64,000 bases of DNA from Calditrichia bacterium (GTDB taxonomy: Bacteria; Calditrichota; Calditrichia; RBG-13-44-9; J075). Each line of letters opens with the position of its first letter. Position 1 is the first letter of the stretch. The DNA lies in contig JACKAQ010000001.1 of the NCBI GenBank assembly GCA_020634975.1, positions 297,808 through 361,807 of the forward strand, written 5' to 3'. Made by a program: the position numbers and the translations under genes. The notes beneath the pieces were generated by a model. The model made no database searches. It was not told the DNA's origin and saw only the letters and a list, made by a program, of their open reading frames with translations. Below, one piece after another: positions 29,283-38,089 of this stretch.

Positions 29283-29332
29283 ATGTTTAATAATATTACA
29301 CTTACAACACTCATTTTTCGGAGGATTTTATC

Positions 29333-30055
29333 ATGAATATTTTTCAAAGAATCACAAAATTGGTCGAAGCCAACGTCAATTCGATGCTGGATAAAGCCGA
29401 AGACCCGGAAGTGATGGTTCGCCAAATCATTCGTGAAATGGAAGAAAGCATCATCGAATTGCGCCGCGAAACCGTAAAAGCCGTTGGCGCCCGCAAATTG
29501 CTGGAAAAGAAAATGCAGCTGCTCAATGAAAAATCCGCTGATCTCCAGCAAAAAGCCACACTCGCGCTGGAAAACGGAAACGAAGATTTAGCGCGCAAAT
29601 TGCTGGAACAAAAAATCGATGTCGAGAAAGAGAACAGCCAACTCGCAAATGAAGTAGAAACAGCAACTTATCTTGCCGAAAAAATGAAACAGGATTTGGT
29701 AAAACTGGAAGACCAGGTGCAAATTGCCCGTCGCCAAAAAGAGGAATTGATTCGCCGTAAACTCGCCGCCGAACGCAAAATGAACGCCACCGGCGCCATT
29801 CGCAAAACCCGCGATGCGTTGGAAGCGCTCACCGGTGCCACCAATAGTGCGGACGCGAATATCAACGCCATCGAAGCGCAAAAAGATAAAATTCTGCAAT
29901 TGGAAGCCGAAGCCGAGGCGATGGAAGAATTGATGGAAGGGAAATCCGCAGACGCCGAAAGCGAAAAAGAGCTGGAAAAAATGATCCAGAATAAAGCGGT
30001 GGAAGACGAATTGGCAAAGCTGAAAAAGATGCTCAGTGACGGCAAAAAAAAGTAG
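29333..30055 (+). CDS. pspA: PspA/IM30 (Vipp1/LiaH) family protein, paralog 1
   Basis: There is a GGAGG ribosome-binding site. The N-terminus MNIFQRITKLVEANVNSMLDKAEDPEVMVRQIIREMEE is followed by a long coiled coil, the typical PspA signature. Confidence 0.85.
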   Translation: MNIFQRITKLVEANVNSMLDKAEDPEVMVRQIIREMEESIIELRRETVKAVGARKLLEKKMQLLNEKSADLQQKATLALENGNEDLARKLLEQKIDVEKENSQLANEVETATYLAEKMKQDLVKLEDQVQIARRQKEELIRRKLAAERKMNATGAIRKTRDALEALTGATNSADANINAIEAQKDKILQLEAEAEAMEELMEGKSADAESEKELEKMIQNKAVEDELAKLKKMLSDGKKK

Positions 30056-30113
30056 CGAATTGAAACAGATCATAAAACCAATTTCGAGTAGCTAATTCAA
30101 TGGGAGAATCACC

Positions 30114-30734
30114 ATGTTAAAACTATACCTCGCCTGCCTATTATTTGGTGGCTTATTTATCATCATCTCCCTGTTTTTTGGCGCGGATGCTGACGCGGAA
30201 GCCGATGTGGATGTGGATGTTGACACTGACATCGACGTGGATACGGATGTGGAAATGGACGCCGACGCCGCAGAAGTCGAAGTTTCCGGCGAAGGTACTG
30301 TGGAAGCCATTAAATTTCTCAGCTTTCGCAATTTTGTGTTTTTTGTGGCCTTTTTCGGGCTCACCGGCAGCCTGCTCACCTGGATTGGCAGCAACTTTTT
30401 GTTGACGTTTGGCGCAGCCATTACGCTGGGATTTGTGGCGGCAACCGTTATGCATCGGGTGATGAAACAACTGGCGGCAACCGAAGTGGGCGAAACGCTG
30501 AATCTCGACCGGTTGGTTGGCATGCCGGCAAAAGTGACGATCAACGTTTCCCGGGATCATCGCGGCAAAGTATCGCTGGAAGCCGTCGGACAACGCATGC
30601 AGCTCCTCGCCCAAACGGCAGAAGAATCGGAACGCGATGAGTTCAGTGTTGGTGAATCGGTTTACATTTTGCACGTAAAAAACGGTATTGCATTTGTTGT
30701 GGAAGAAGCCTTTATCAACTCCGCAACCATTTGA
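30114..30734 (+). CDS. NfeD-like (YuaF-type) membrane protein with an acidic low-complexity linker and a C-terminal OB-fold
   Basis: It has an N-terminal TM segment, a DADAEADVDVDVDTDIDVDTDVEMDADAA tract, further TM segments and a C-terminal beta domain (KVTINVS...VGESVYILHVKNGIAFV). It lies directly upstream of the flotillin gene. Confidence 0.6.
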   Translation: MLKLYLACLLFGGLFIIISLFFGADADAEADVDVDVDTDIDVDTDVEMDADAAEVEVSGEGTVEAIKFLSFRNFVFFVAFFGLTGSLLTWIGSNFLLTFGAAITLGFVAATVMHRVMKQLAATEVGETLNLDRLVGMPAKVTINVSRDHRGKVSLEAVGQRMQLLAQTAEESERDEFSVGESVYILHVKNGIAFVVEEAFINSATI

Positions 30735-30784
30735 TCACCCGTTTATTTATAAATTCGCAGATGTAAAATAATGGAGGATGTCAC

Positions 30785-30982
30785 ATGATTACCAAAGATT
30801 ACCACCGCACATTATTTCTTTCGATGATTTTGATCGCCCTCGGTGTGTCGATTTCCACCACAATGGGGGATTCTTCGGGCACCATTGGCACGGTGATGAT
30901 CGCCGTTGGCGGCTTATTTTTTATCATCGGAATGACCAAAAGAAGAAAATTTGAACAAAAAAATCACCACCCAAAATCATAG
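30785..30982 (+). CDS. Small 2-TM membrane protein
   Basis: It has a GGAGG ribosome-binding site, 65 aa and two hydrophobic helices. Confidence 0.4.
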   Translation: MITKDYHRTLFLSMILIALGVSISTTMGDSSGTIGTVMIAVGGLFFIIGMTKRRKFEQKNHHPKS

Positions 30983-30993
30983 AAAGGTTAGCT

Positions 30994-31173
30994 ATGATAT
31001 ACGTTGGTTTACTGATTTTAGCTTATGTGGCGGTTTGTCTCTATCGCGGAAATTTGATTTGGGAATTGGGCGTTTCCCGCCGCAGTAACAGTCCTTATTT
31101 TTACTGGTTTGGTATCGGAACTTATTCGGTAGTCGCGCTGATGATGATTTACGCAGGCTACATAAATCTATAA
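30994..31173 (+). CDS. Small 2-TM membrane protein (59 aa), not in the ORF track
   Basis: An AAAGG ribosome-binding site precedes it. The sequence is MIYVGLLILAYVAVCLYRGNLIWELGVSRRSNSPYFYWFGIGTYSVVALMMIYAGYINL. Confidence 0.3.
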   Translation: MIYVGLLILAYVAVCLYRGNLIWELGVSRRSNSPYFYWFGIGTYSVVALMMIYAGYINL

Positions 31174-31228
31174 TAAACATTTGTTTGCAATTCAACTTAA
31201 CCAACTTAACTTTTAGGAGGGTTGTGAT

Positions 31229-32773
31229 ATGGATTTCATAAGTGCTATCATATTTATCGTTGTTATCCTCGCGGTTGTTGTGGTGATGATGGTCAGCCGC
31301 TTGCTGATTGTCTGCCATCCCAACGAAGTTGTGATACTTTCCGGACGCAAACGTAAACTGCCGGACGGATCGATTGTCGGTTACCGGCTCATTCGCGGCG
31401 GTCGCGCGGTGCGCATGCCGGTGCTGGAAAAAGCAGCCCGCATGTCGCTGGAATCGATTCCCCTGGAGCTTTCGGTGCGCAACGCGTATTCCAAAGGCGG
31501 TATTCCGTTGAATGTGGATGCCATCGCCAACATCAAAATTGATTCGACAGAACCGGCGTTCGGCAACGCGGTCGAGCGTTTTTTGATGAAACCGATGCAG
31601 GAAATTCACCAGATTGCGAAAGATACGCTGGAAGGTAACCTGCGCGGCGTGCTGGCATCGCTGACGCCGGAAGAAGTGAACGAAGACCGCCTGAAGTTTG
31701 CCCAAAGCCTTATCGAAGAAGCGGATAACGATTTGAACCAACTCGGTTTGCAACTCGATACGCTGAAAATTCAGAATGTCGCGGACGAAGCGGGATATCT
31801 CGATTCGATCGGTCGCCGCAAAACCGCCGAAGTGCTCTCAACCGCACGAATGGCAGAAGCCGCAAAAGCCGCCGAAGCGGAACAGGCAGAAGCGGAAGCA
31901 CGCCAGTTTGCGGAAATTGCCAAAGCCAAAGCAGATCAGGAAATTAAAGCGGCGCAAATTTCTGCGGATCGCGAAGTGAAGATGGCCAAAGCCCGCGCCG
32001 ATGCCGCAGCCCGTCAGGCGGAAGCGGAGCAGGAAGCCGTCGCAAAGGAAGCGGAAGCGACATCACTGCGGAAAGCTGAGGTCGCAAAAGCAATGGCTGA
32101 TCAGGAAATTCGCACATCGCAAATTAAGGCAGATCAAGAGGTTAAGGTATCTCGCGCTATTGCAGATCAACAGATCGAAACTGAGAACAACAATCTGCGT
32201 ATGAAAAAAGCGGAACTGGAACGCGAAGCCATTATCATGGAAAAAGAAGCGGAAGTTGCCGGACAAAAAGCCCAGGCAAAATACGAACAGGATATGGAAG
32301 AAGAACGCATTCTGCTGCAACAAAAACGCCTGATGGCAGACGTTATCGAACCCGCAAAAGCCAAAAAAGAAGCGATGGAGCTGGAAGCACGCGGCGAAGC
32401 TGCGCCGATTCTCGAGAAAGGTAAAGCGAACATCGAAGTGCTGGATCAGATGATCAAAACCTACCTCAGCGCCAAAGGTGAAGGCGAAAAAGTATTCATG
32501 CTGAACATGTTGCCGGATATTATCAAACAACTGTCCGACACGGTGAACAAGGTCACGATCGACAAAGTGAGTGTGATCGACAGCGGCGGAAACGGCAGCC
32601 ACGGCGTGGCAAATTTCATCAACCAGTTGCCCGCAGCAGTGGTTTCGCTGGCGGAACAGATCGAAAACGCCACCGGTGTGAACATCCTCAACCAGTTCAA
32701 ACAGAAACCGGAAATTGGTCAGATTGTCCACCACAACGGTGAGCACGACAAAGCGAAAGATGATGAGAAGTAG
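31229..32773 (+). CDS. floT: Flotillin (SPFH/Band-7 domain, FloT/YuaG-like)
   Basis: It has an N-terminal TM segment and an SPFH domain, followed by long Ala/Glu-rich EA-repeat coiled coils (AEAEQAEAEARQ...). Confidence 0.85.
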   Translation: MDFISAIIFIVVILAVVVVMMVSRLLIVCHPNEVVILSGRKRKLPDGSIVGYRLIRGGRAVRMPVLEKAARMSLESIPLELSVRNAYSKGGIPLNVDAIANIKIDSTEPAFGNAVERFLMKPMQEIHQIAKDTLEGNLRGVLASLTPEEVNEDRLKFAQSLIEEADNDLNQLGLQLDTLKIQNVADEAGYLDSIGRRKTAEVLSTARMAEAAKAAEAEQAEAEARQFAEIAKAKADQEIKAAQISADREVKMAKARADAAARQAEAEQEAVAKEAEATSLRKAEVAKAMADQEIRTSQIKADQEVKVSRAIADQQIETENNNLRMKKAELEREAIIMEKEAEVAGQKAQAKYEQDMEEERILLQQKRLMADVIEPAKAKKEAMELEARGEAAPILEKGKANIEVLDQMIKTYLSAKGEGEKVFMLNMLPDIIKQLSDTVNKVTIDKVSVIDSGGNGSHGVANFINQLPAAVVSLAEQIENATGVNILNQFKQKPEIGQIVHHNGEHDKAKDDEK

Positions 32774-32948
32774 GTTAAAAAAACCGCACCATCAGCATGA
32801 AACGCTTGTTCCGCGCTGATGGTGTGTTAAAACAAACGAAAACAAATATTTAGAAATACATCGAATTTTTCAAAAAATGAAAAAGAACAAGACTATTTCT
32901 GCCGGGTTGATGAAAGTATGAACAGAAAAAAACCTAAAACACTGAGCC

Positions 32949-33395
32949 GTGAAGATAGAGCTAAAAGGCGAAAAAGAGAGACTAATCAAACTCATTTTAT
33001 CAAAGCTATTCATCAGCCTTTTATTGGGGATGTTTAACGGTGCAGTTGTAGATAATATTAAAATAGGATTCTGGTCGGTTTTAATTTTCATAGCAACATT
33101 TACGGCTTCCTATTTTATTAGAAATTACATTCGTGTTCGACTTTATCTAACTGCTGTTCTATGGGGTTTGGTTTGGGGCGCATGTATGTCAGGTATCTTA
33201 ACACTCAATTATTACGGACGACATGGGTTCAGAGATGATACGATCGCATTAGCAATTATTATGCTTTTGGGTTATTCACTCATGTTCGTAATAGATATTT
33301 ATATTGGGAGACATGATTATATTAAACCAGATTTTCAGTCTTATGGTGAGTTTTACAAAAGCTGGTTCAATTATAAGTATCTTAAAAACAAATAA
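32949..33395 (+). CDS. Hypothetical 4-TM membrane protein in an AT-rich islet (GTG start)
   Basis: The ORF is 148 aa. The local GC (~33%) is far below the neighbours. Confidence 0.3.
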   Translation: MKIELKGEKERLIKLILSKLFISLLLGMFNGAVVDNIKIGFWSVLIFIATFTASYFIRNYIRVRLYLTAVLWGLVWGACMSGILTLNYYGRHGFRDDTIALAIIMLLGYSLMFVIDIYIGRHDYIKPDFQSYGEFYKSWFNYKYLKNK

Positions 33396-33427
33396 TTAGA
33401 CTCAAAATATTTGAAAGGAGCACAGTA

Positions 33428-33991
33428 TTGGGATTCACAAATTTTTTCAAAGGAAAAAAAGAAGGTGAAGAATTTGATCCACTACGGGACTTGACACTTT
33501 CAAAAATGAAGGTCGGGTATTTTGTTGAATTTGATCTGAAAACCTGGCAGGTTACCGCATACAATAAATACGATTTTGGCGACGGCTTATGGAGCGAGGA
33601 ATGGGAACTGACCTCCGGTCGCGAAAAAATCTGGCTGGAAAAACGCGAAGATGACGAAGTGGAATGGACCGTCAGCAAAAAGCTGCCAATCGGCGCAATT
33701 GCGGAAGATGTCCGCCAGCACGTCAAAGATTTCGACGATCCGCCGGGGCAAATTTCCGTGAAGGAAAAAACGTTTTATCTGGATGAATCCGGTTCGGTCT
33801 ATTATTATCCCGGTGGCAACACTCAACAACAGGGTCAGGGTATCATCGCATGGGAATATATTGATGATGACGATGAAAATTTTGTGAGCATCGAGCAATG
33901 GGGCGAGGATGATTTTGAAGCATCGCAAGGCTATTATGTGGAAGAATTTATGTTTAGCAACATCCTGCCGTCGGGGGACGCACAAGCTTGA
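33428..33991 (+). CDS. DUF4178-like protein (PspA-neighbourhood family)
   Basis: It has a TTG start after AAAGGAG. The sequence KVGYFVEFDLKTWQVTAYNKYDFGDGLWSEEWEL...IWLEKREDD fits the DUF4178 pattern as I recall it. It has an acidic C-terminus. Confidence 0.45.
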   Translation: MGFTNFFKGKKEGEEFDPLRDLTLSKMKVGYFVEFDLKTWQVTAYNKYDFGDGLWSEEWELTSGREKIWLEKREDDEVEWTVSKKLPIGAIAEDVRQHVKDFDDPPGQISVKEKTFYLDESGSVYYYPGGNTQQQGQGIIAWEYIDDDDENFVSIEQWGEDDFEASQGYYVEEFMFSNILPSGDAQA

Positions 33992-34102
33992 CGGAAGCAT
34001 GGATAAAGGATAAAGTAAATTTTTTGACTTTTTCAATATTAAACAATAAAAAACAACATTTCTAAATCAATAAAATACAAACACTTAAAAAAGGGGTTTG
34101 TT

Positions 34103-34819
34103 TTGAAAAAAACAATTACATTTGCACTTTTCGGAATTGTTGCGTTGCTGCTGTCGAGCTGCGGCGCATCGAATCCGGTTGAGAAAATGCAACGCGAGCT
34201 GGACGATTATCCGGAATATTCCATTATTCTGGAAGATATGAAAATGGAAGGCACTTTTTTTAAGGATTACTTTCATCAATATAAAATTATTCATGCGGAA
34301 AAAGCCGGTGATTCGCTGGCATATTTCACCAATCAAACAGAATGGATTTTGGTAGATGAAGATTTTTTCAGCAATTACCAACGGTATTTGGGAATGACAA
34401 TTGCATCCAAATCTGCTGAAGGTGATGTGAGCGACTCTCCGCAACCGCCGGGCTACCAATATGTTGGCGATGAACGCTACGGCCAATGGCGAACCGATAA
34501 CTCCGGCAACAGCTTTTGGGAATTTTACGGAAAATATGCCATGTTGCAGGCGCTGCTCGGCGGCTGGAATCGCCCGATTTATCAGGATGACTGGCGCGAT
34601 TACCGCACCTCCCGGCGCAACAATCAGCCGTATTTCGGCAAAAATCGCCAGTGGGGCACCGACGGAACCGCAACGAAAAAAACGAATCCAACATTTTTCC
34701 AACGCCGCCAAATGCGCGAGCAGGCGTCCAAACAATCCTTTACGGATAAGCTGAAACAACGCACACGCCGCAGTAATATGAGTAAATCCCGAAGCCGCAG
34801 CGGTGGTTTTGGAAAATAA
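34103..34819 (+). CDS. Lipoprotein with a basic C-terminal tail (possible DUF4247-type partner of DUF4178)
   Basis: It has a lipobox (LLSSC) and a Trp/Tyr-rich central region. The C-terminus is KLKQRTRRSNMSKSRSRSGGFGK. Confidence 0.5.
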   Translation: MKKTITFALFGIVALLLSSCGASNPVEKMQRELDDYPEYSIILEDMKMEGTFFKDYFHQYKIIHAEKAGDSLAYFTNQTEWILVDEDFFSNYQRYLGMTIASKSAEGDVSDSPQPPGYQYVGDERYGQWRTDNSGNSFWEFYGKYAMLQALLGGWNRPIYQDDWRDYRTSRRNNQPYFGKNRQWGTDGTATKKTNPTFFQRRQMREQASKQSFTDKLKQRTRRSNMSKSRSRSGGFGK

Positions 34820-34834
34820 ACAAATGAGGAAATA

Positions 34835-35017
34835 ATGAAACATAACGATCAAAATCAGGACAATAAAAAAGAAATGGGAAAATGGGTTGCCGTTGGCATC
34901 GCTATCGGAACGGCAATGGGCGTTTCGATGGATAATATCGGGCTTGGCATCTCGTTGGGTCTTGTGATCGGTCTGGCAATCGGCACAGTAAAATCCCGAA
35001 ATGATAAAACGGAGTAA
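34835..35017 (+). CDS. Glycine-zipper small membrane protein
   Basis: It has a GAGGAA ribosome-binding site. The sequence is WVAVGIAIGTAMGVSMDNIGLGISLGLVIGLAIG. Confidence 0.45.
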   Translation: MKHNDQNQDNKKEMGKWVAVGIAIGTAMGVSMDNIGLGISLGLVIGLAIGTVKSRNDKTE

Positions 35018-35020
35018 AAA

Positions 35021-35866
35021 ATGACTTTAGACCAAACCATATCCGGACTAATTTACCTTATTGCAGTGTTTATACTTTTTTGGCTGGGAAAAGTGGTTTA
35101 TGGAATAACCAATCCGCGCATCAATTTGCGCGATGAATTGGTGAAAAAAGATAATCTGGCGATGGCGCTGGCAGTGATCGGCTACTATTTCGGGCTGATT
35201 ATCGCGTTGGGTGGCGTGCTTTCCAGCGAATCCGCAGGATTGTTCATCGATCTGTTCGAAATATTTTTTTACGGCATTATTTCGATTGTCCTGATGAATT
35301 TTTCGATTAAAATCAATGACAAAATCATCCTCAGCAAATTTGACAATATCAAAGAAATTATCGATGATCAGAACGCCGGAACGGGCGTTGTGGAAGCGGC
35401 CAACCACATTGCTGTGGGCATGATTATCGCCGGCGCGATGAGCGGCGATTACGGCGGCTGGGCAACTGCGCTCACATTCTGGATTTTGGGACAAGCCGTG
35501 CTGATTGTCGCAGGCATTGTTTACGCCAAAATTCTGCCGTTCGATCTGCACGCGGAAATCGAAAAAGATAACGTTGCTGTGGGCGTTGCGTTTGCGGGTG
35601 TGCTGATCGCCATCGGCAACATCTTGCGCATCGGCTCCACCGGCGATTTTATTTCGTGGCAACAGAATCTCACCACGTTTTTCGGATTCGTCATATTCGG
35701 ACTGGTGCTGCTGCCGGTTTTGCGCTTTCTGACCGACAAAGTGTTGCTCCCCGGCGAAAAACTTACCGATGAACTGGTGAACCAGACAAATCCGAATATC
35801 GGTGCCGGTGCGGTGGAAGCGTTTGCCTATATCGGTGCGTCGTTTTTGATTGGTTGGGTTATATAG
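35021..35866 (+). CDS. Membrane protein with internally repeated DUF350-like units
   Basis: There are four repeats of N-x-A-x-A/G-x-x-x-x-G-x-x-I-A-x-G with TM helices: DNLAMALAVIGYYFGLIIALGG, NAGTGVVEAANHIAVGMIIAGA, DNVAVGVAFAGVLIAIGN and NIGAGAVEAFAYIGASFLIG. Confidence 0.5.
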   Translation: MTLDQTISGLIYLIAVFILFWLGKVVYGITNPRINLRDELVKKDNLAMALAVIGYYFGLIIALGGVLSSESAGLFIDLFEIFFYGIISIVLMNFSIKINDKIILSKFDNIKEIIDDQNAGTGVVEAANHIAVGMIIAGAMSGDYGGWATALTFWILGQAVLIVAGIVYAKILPFDLHAEIEKDNVAVGVAFAGVLIAIGNILRIGSTGDFISWQQNLTTFFGFVIFGLVLLPVLRFLTDKVLLPGEKLTDELVNQTNPNIGAGAVEAFAYIGASFLIGWVI

Positions 35867-35914
35867 CTGGTTTCTAGTTTCTGGTTTCTGGTTTCTGGAT
35901 TGAAGATTCTGGAT
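35867..35914 (+). repeat. Heptamer array TTCTGGT/TTCTGGA (x5, degenerate) immediately 5' of the four-helix-bundle gene
   Basis: The sequence is ctggtttctagtttctggtttctggtttctggattgaagattctggat. Confidence 0.6.
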
Positions 35915-35951
35915 GCTCTGAAAAATGTAAACTTAAGTGCAGAATGTGAAA

Positions 35952-36395
35952 ATGAGTTACAAAAAATTGCAGATATGGCAGCTATCTCGTGAAATTGTGA
36001 TTGATATTCACAAAATGACGCTGGAAACGTTACCAAAATTTGAGATGTTCGAAACAGGATCACAAATTCGCAGATCGAGCAAATCGACCAAATCTTTGAT
36101 TGTGGAAGGATACGGCAGGCGCTATTATAAACAGGATTTCATACGTTATTTATTGAATGCGCTCGCCTCTAACGATGAAACAATTGATCATTTAGAAACC
36201 CTTTTCGAAACAAAGTCTTTATCTGATTCAATTCTGTACGAAAACATACACGAACGGCTTATTTCTTTAGGTAAAATGCTCAACAATTTCATCAACTCGG
36301 TTCAAAAAAATCATCAGACACCATCGATTTATGTAAAGGAAGAAATGCCAGACTATCTGAATTTTCCGGAAACAAAAGATGACAAAACAGAATAA
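35952..36395 (+). CDS. Four-helix-bundle protein (TIGR02436, 23S rRNA intervening-sequence protein family)
   Basis: [59 protein letters not shown] matches the family. GC is ~33% against ~52% for the neighbours. Confidence 0.7.
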   Translation: MSYKKLQIWQLSREIVIDIHKMTLETLPKFEMFETGSQIRRSSKSTKSLIVEGYGRRYYKQDFIRYLLNALASNDETIDHLETLFETKSLSDSILYENIHERLISLGKMLNNFINSVQKNHQTPSIYVKEEMPDYLNFPETKDDKTE

Positions 36396-36451
36396 AATTT
36401 TTGCAAATATAGATTCGGAATCCAGAACTTGCGCTGAGCGCAGCCGAAGCG

Positions 36452-36481
36452 TCCAGAATCCAGAATCCAGAATCCAGAATC
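36452..36481 (+). repeat. Heptamer array TCCAGAA x4 (reverse complement of the upstream array) immediately 3' of the four-helix-bundle gene
   Basis: The sequence is tccagaatccagaatccagaatccagaatc. It is preceded by a further TCCAGAA copy and the near-palindrome GCGCTGAGCGC at 36421-36445. Confidence 0.6.
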
Positions 36482-36495
36482 TCTCCGGCAACTGG

Positions 36496-38013
36496 TTGCT
36501 GAAAGCCTGCATTTTCGCCACCGGGTTATCCGGAATTGTGGCGGAATACGTGATGTCCACGCTGGCGAGTTATCTGCTCGGTAACTCCGTTTTGCAATGG
36601 ACACTCACTATTTCCATCATGCTGTTTGCGATGGGCGTTGGCAGCCGTTTCAGCAAATTTGTGGATGACGCGTTGCTGGATGCCTTCGTTTTCACGGAAT
36701 TACTGCTCTCCGTTTTATGCGCGATCAGCGCTACAACTATCTATTTTTTATCGGCTTACATGAATCCGATAACACCGCTGATTTACACGCTGTCATTCGC
36801 AATCGGTTTGCTGATCGGGCTGGAAATTCCGCTGGCAACCCGTCTCAACGATTATTTTGAGGATTTGAAAATCAACATCAGTTCGGTAATGGAAAAAGAT
36901 TATTACGGCGCGTTGCTCGGCGGCTTGCTGTTTGCGTTTGTCGCCCTCCCCTACCTCGGTTTAACTTATACGCCCATTTTGCTCGGCGCAGTAAATTTTG
37001 CAGTCGCGGCGGCGCTATTTTGGCAGCATCGCGATTCGCTAAAATTTCCGAAAACACTCACTGCCGGATTTTTGATCGTGCCCGCCTTGCTCGGCGCATT
37101 GGCCGTTTCGGCGGAGCCGATTGTGCTGTATGGCGAGCAGCAAAAATATGTGGATAAAGTTGTTTATCAGGAGCAAACGCCCTATCAGCGAATTGTGATC
37201 ACTCAATTCAAAAATGATTACTGGCTGTATCTCAATGGAAATGAACAATTTAGCAGCTACGACGAACACCGCTATCACGAACCGCTGGTGCATCCGGCAA
37301 TGCTGGCGAGCGTTGCGCATAAAAATGTGCTGATTCTCGGTGGCGGCGATGGATTGGCTGCGCGGGAAATCCTCAAATATCCCGACGTCGAAAAAATTAC
37401 GTTGGTCGATCTCGATCCGGCGATGACGGAACTCGGCAAGAATTACCCGGTTTTTCGCCAACTCAACCAAAATGCGCTCAGCGATCCCCGGGTGCACATT
37501 CGCAACGAGGACGCATACACATTTTTGCAGCAAACCCGGGAAATTTTCGATGTGATTATTATCGATTTGCCCGACCCGAAAACCATCGAGCTGGCGCGAT
37601 TGTACACCCGGGAATTTTATCAATTGGCGAAACGTCAACTGTCCAAAGGCGGGATTGTGGTTACGCAAGCTGGCAGCCCGTTTTTTTCACGGGAAGCGTA
37701 TCTCTGCATATTGCAAACGATGCGAACTGCCGGATTGGCTGCGATTCCTTATCACAACCACATTCCAACACTCGGCGAATGGGGCTGGGTGCTGGCAATG
37801 AATGCGGAAATTGACGAAAATCGTTTGAAAAATCACCTGCTATCACTATCATTTGATGATTTGCAAACACGTTTTTTAAACCGGGACGCAATGGCGGCGA
37901 TGCTTCTTTTCGGCAAAAACGAACTGGCCGGTATCGATGCCATTCGCGTTAATTCTGAACTGGAACTCGCATTATTTGATTATTACAAAAATGGGTCGTG
38001 GGAATTTTATTGA
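36496..38013 (+). CDS. Spermidine/spermine-synthase-like aminopropyltransferase fused to an N-terminal polytopic (~7 TM) membrane domain
   Basis: The C-terminal domain has LILGGGDGLAAREILKYPDVEKITLVDLDP...DVIIIDLPDP, the SpeE fold motifs. The N-terminal 220 aa are hydrophobic helices. The start is uncertain: I use TTG 36496, and the open frame begins at 36379 inside the repeat. Confidence 0.7.
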   Translation: MLKACIFATGLSGIVAEYVMSTLASYLLGNSVLQWTLTISIMLFAMGVGSRFSKFVDDALLDAFVFTELLLSVLCAISATTIYFLSAYMNPITPLIYTLSFAIGLLIGLEIPLATRLNDYFEDLKINISSVMEKDYYGALLGGLLFAFVALPYLGLTYTPILLGAVNFAVAAALFWQHRDSLKFPKTLTAGFLIVPALLGALAVSAEPIVLYGEQQKYVDKVVYQEQTPYQRIVITQFKNDYWLYLNGNEQFSSYDEHRYHEPLVHPAMLASVAHKNVLILGGGDGLAAREILKYPDVEKITLVDLDPAMTELGKNYPVFRQLNQNALSDPRVHIRNEDAYTFLQQTREIFDVIIIDLPDPKTIELARLYTREFYQLAKRQLSKGGIVVTQAGSPFFSREAYLCILQTMRTAGLAAIPYHNHIPTLGEWGWVLAMNAEIDENRLKNHLLSLSFDDLQTRFLNRDAMAAMLLFGKNELAGIDAIRVNSELELALFDYYKNGSWEFY

Positions 38014-38089
38014 GAACCGATTGATAAACAACCTGATCAGCAAAATAAAATCGAATAGATAGAAGCCAAAAGCCAAGTGCCAAAAGCCA

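Noticed and set aside
36379-36495. An upstream in-frame start for the SpeE-like gene, overlapping the four-helix-bundle gene
   Set aside because: The overlap region would translate the heptamer repeat (SRIQNPESRIQN...), and the first TM helix begins after TTG 36496. The start remains uncertain.
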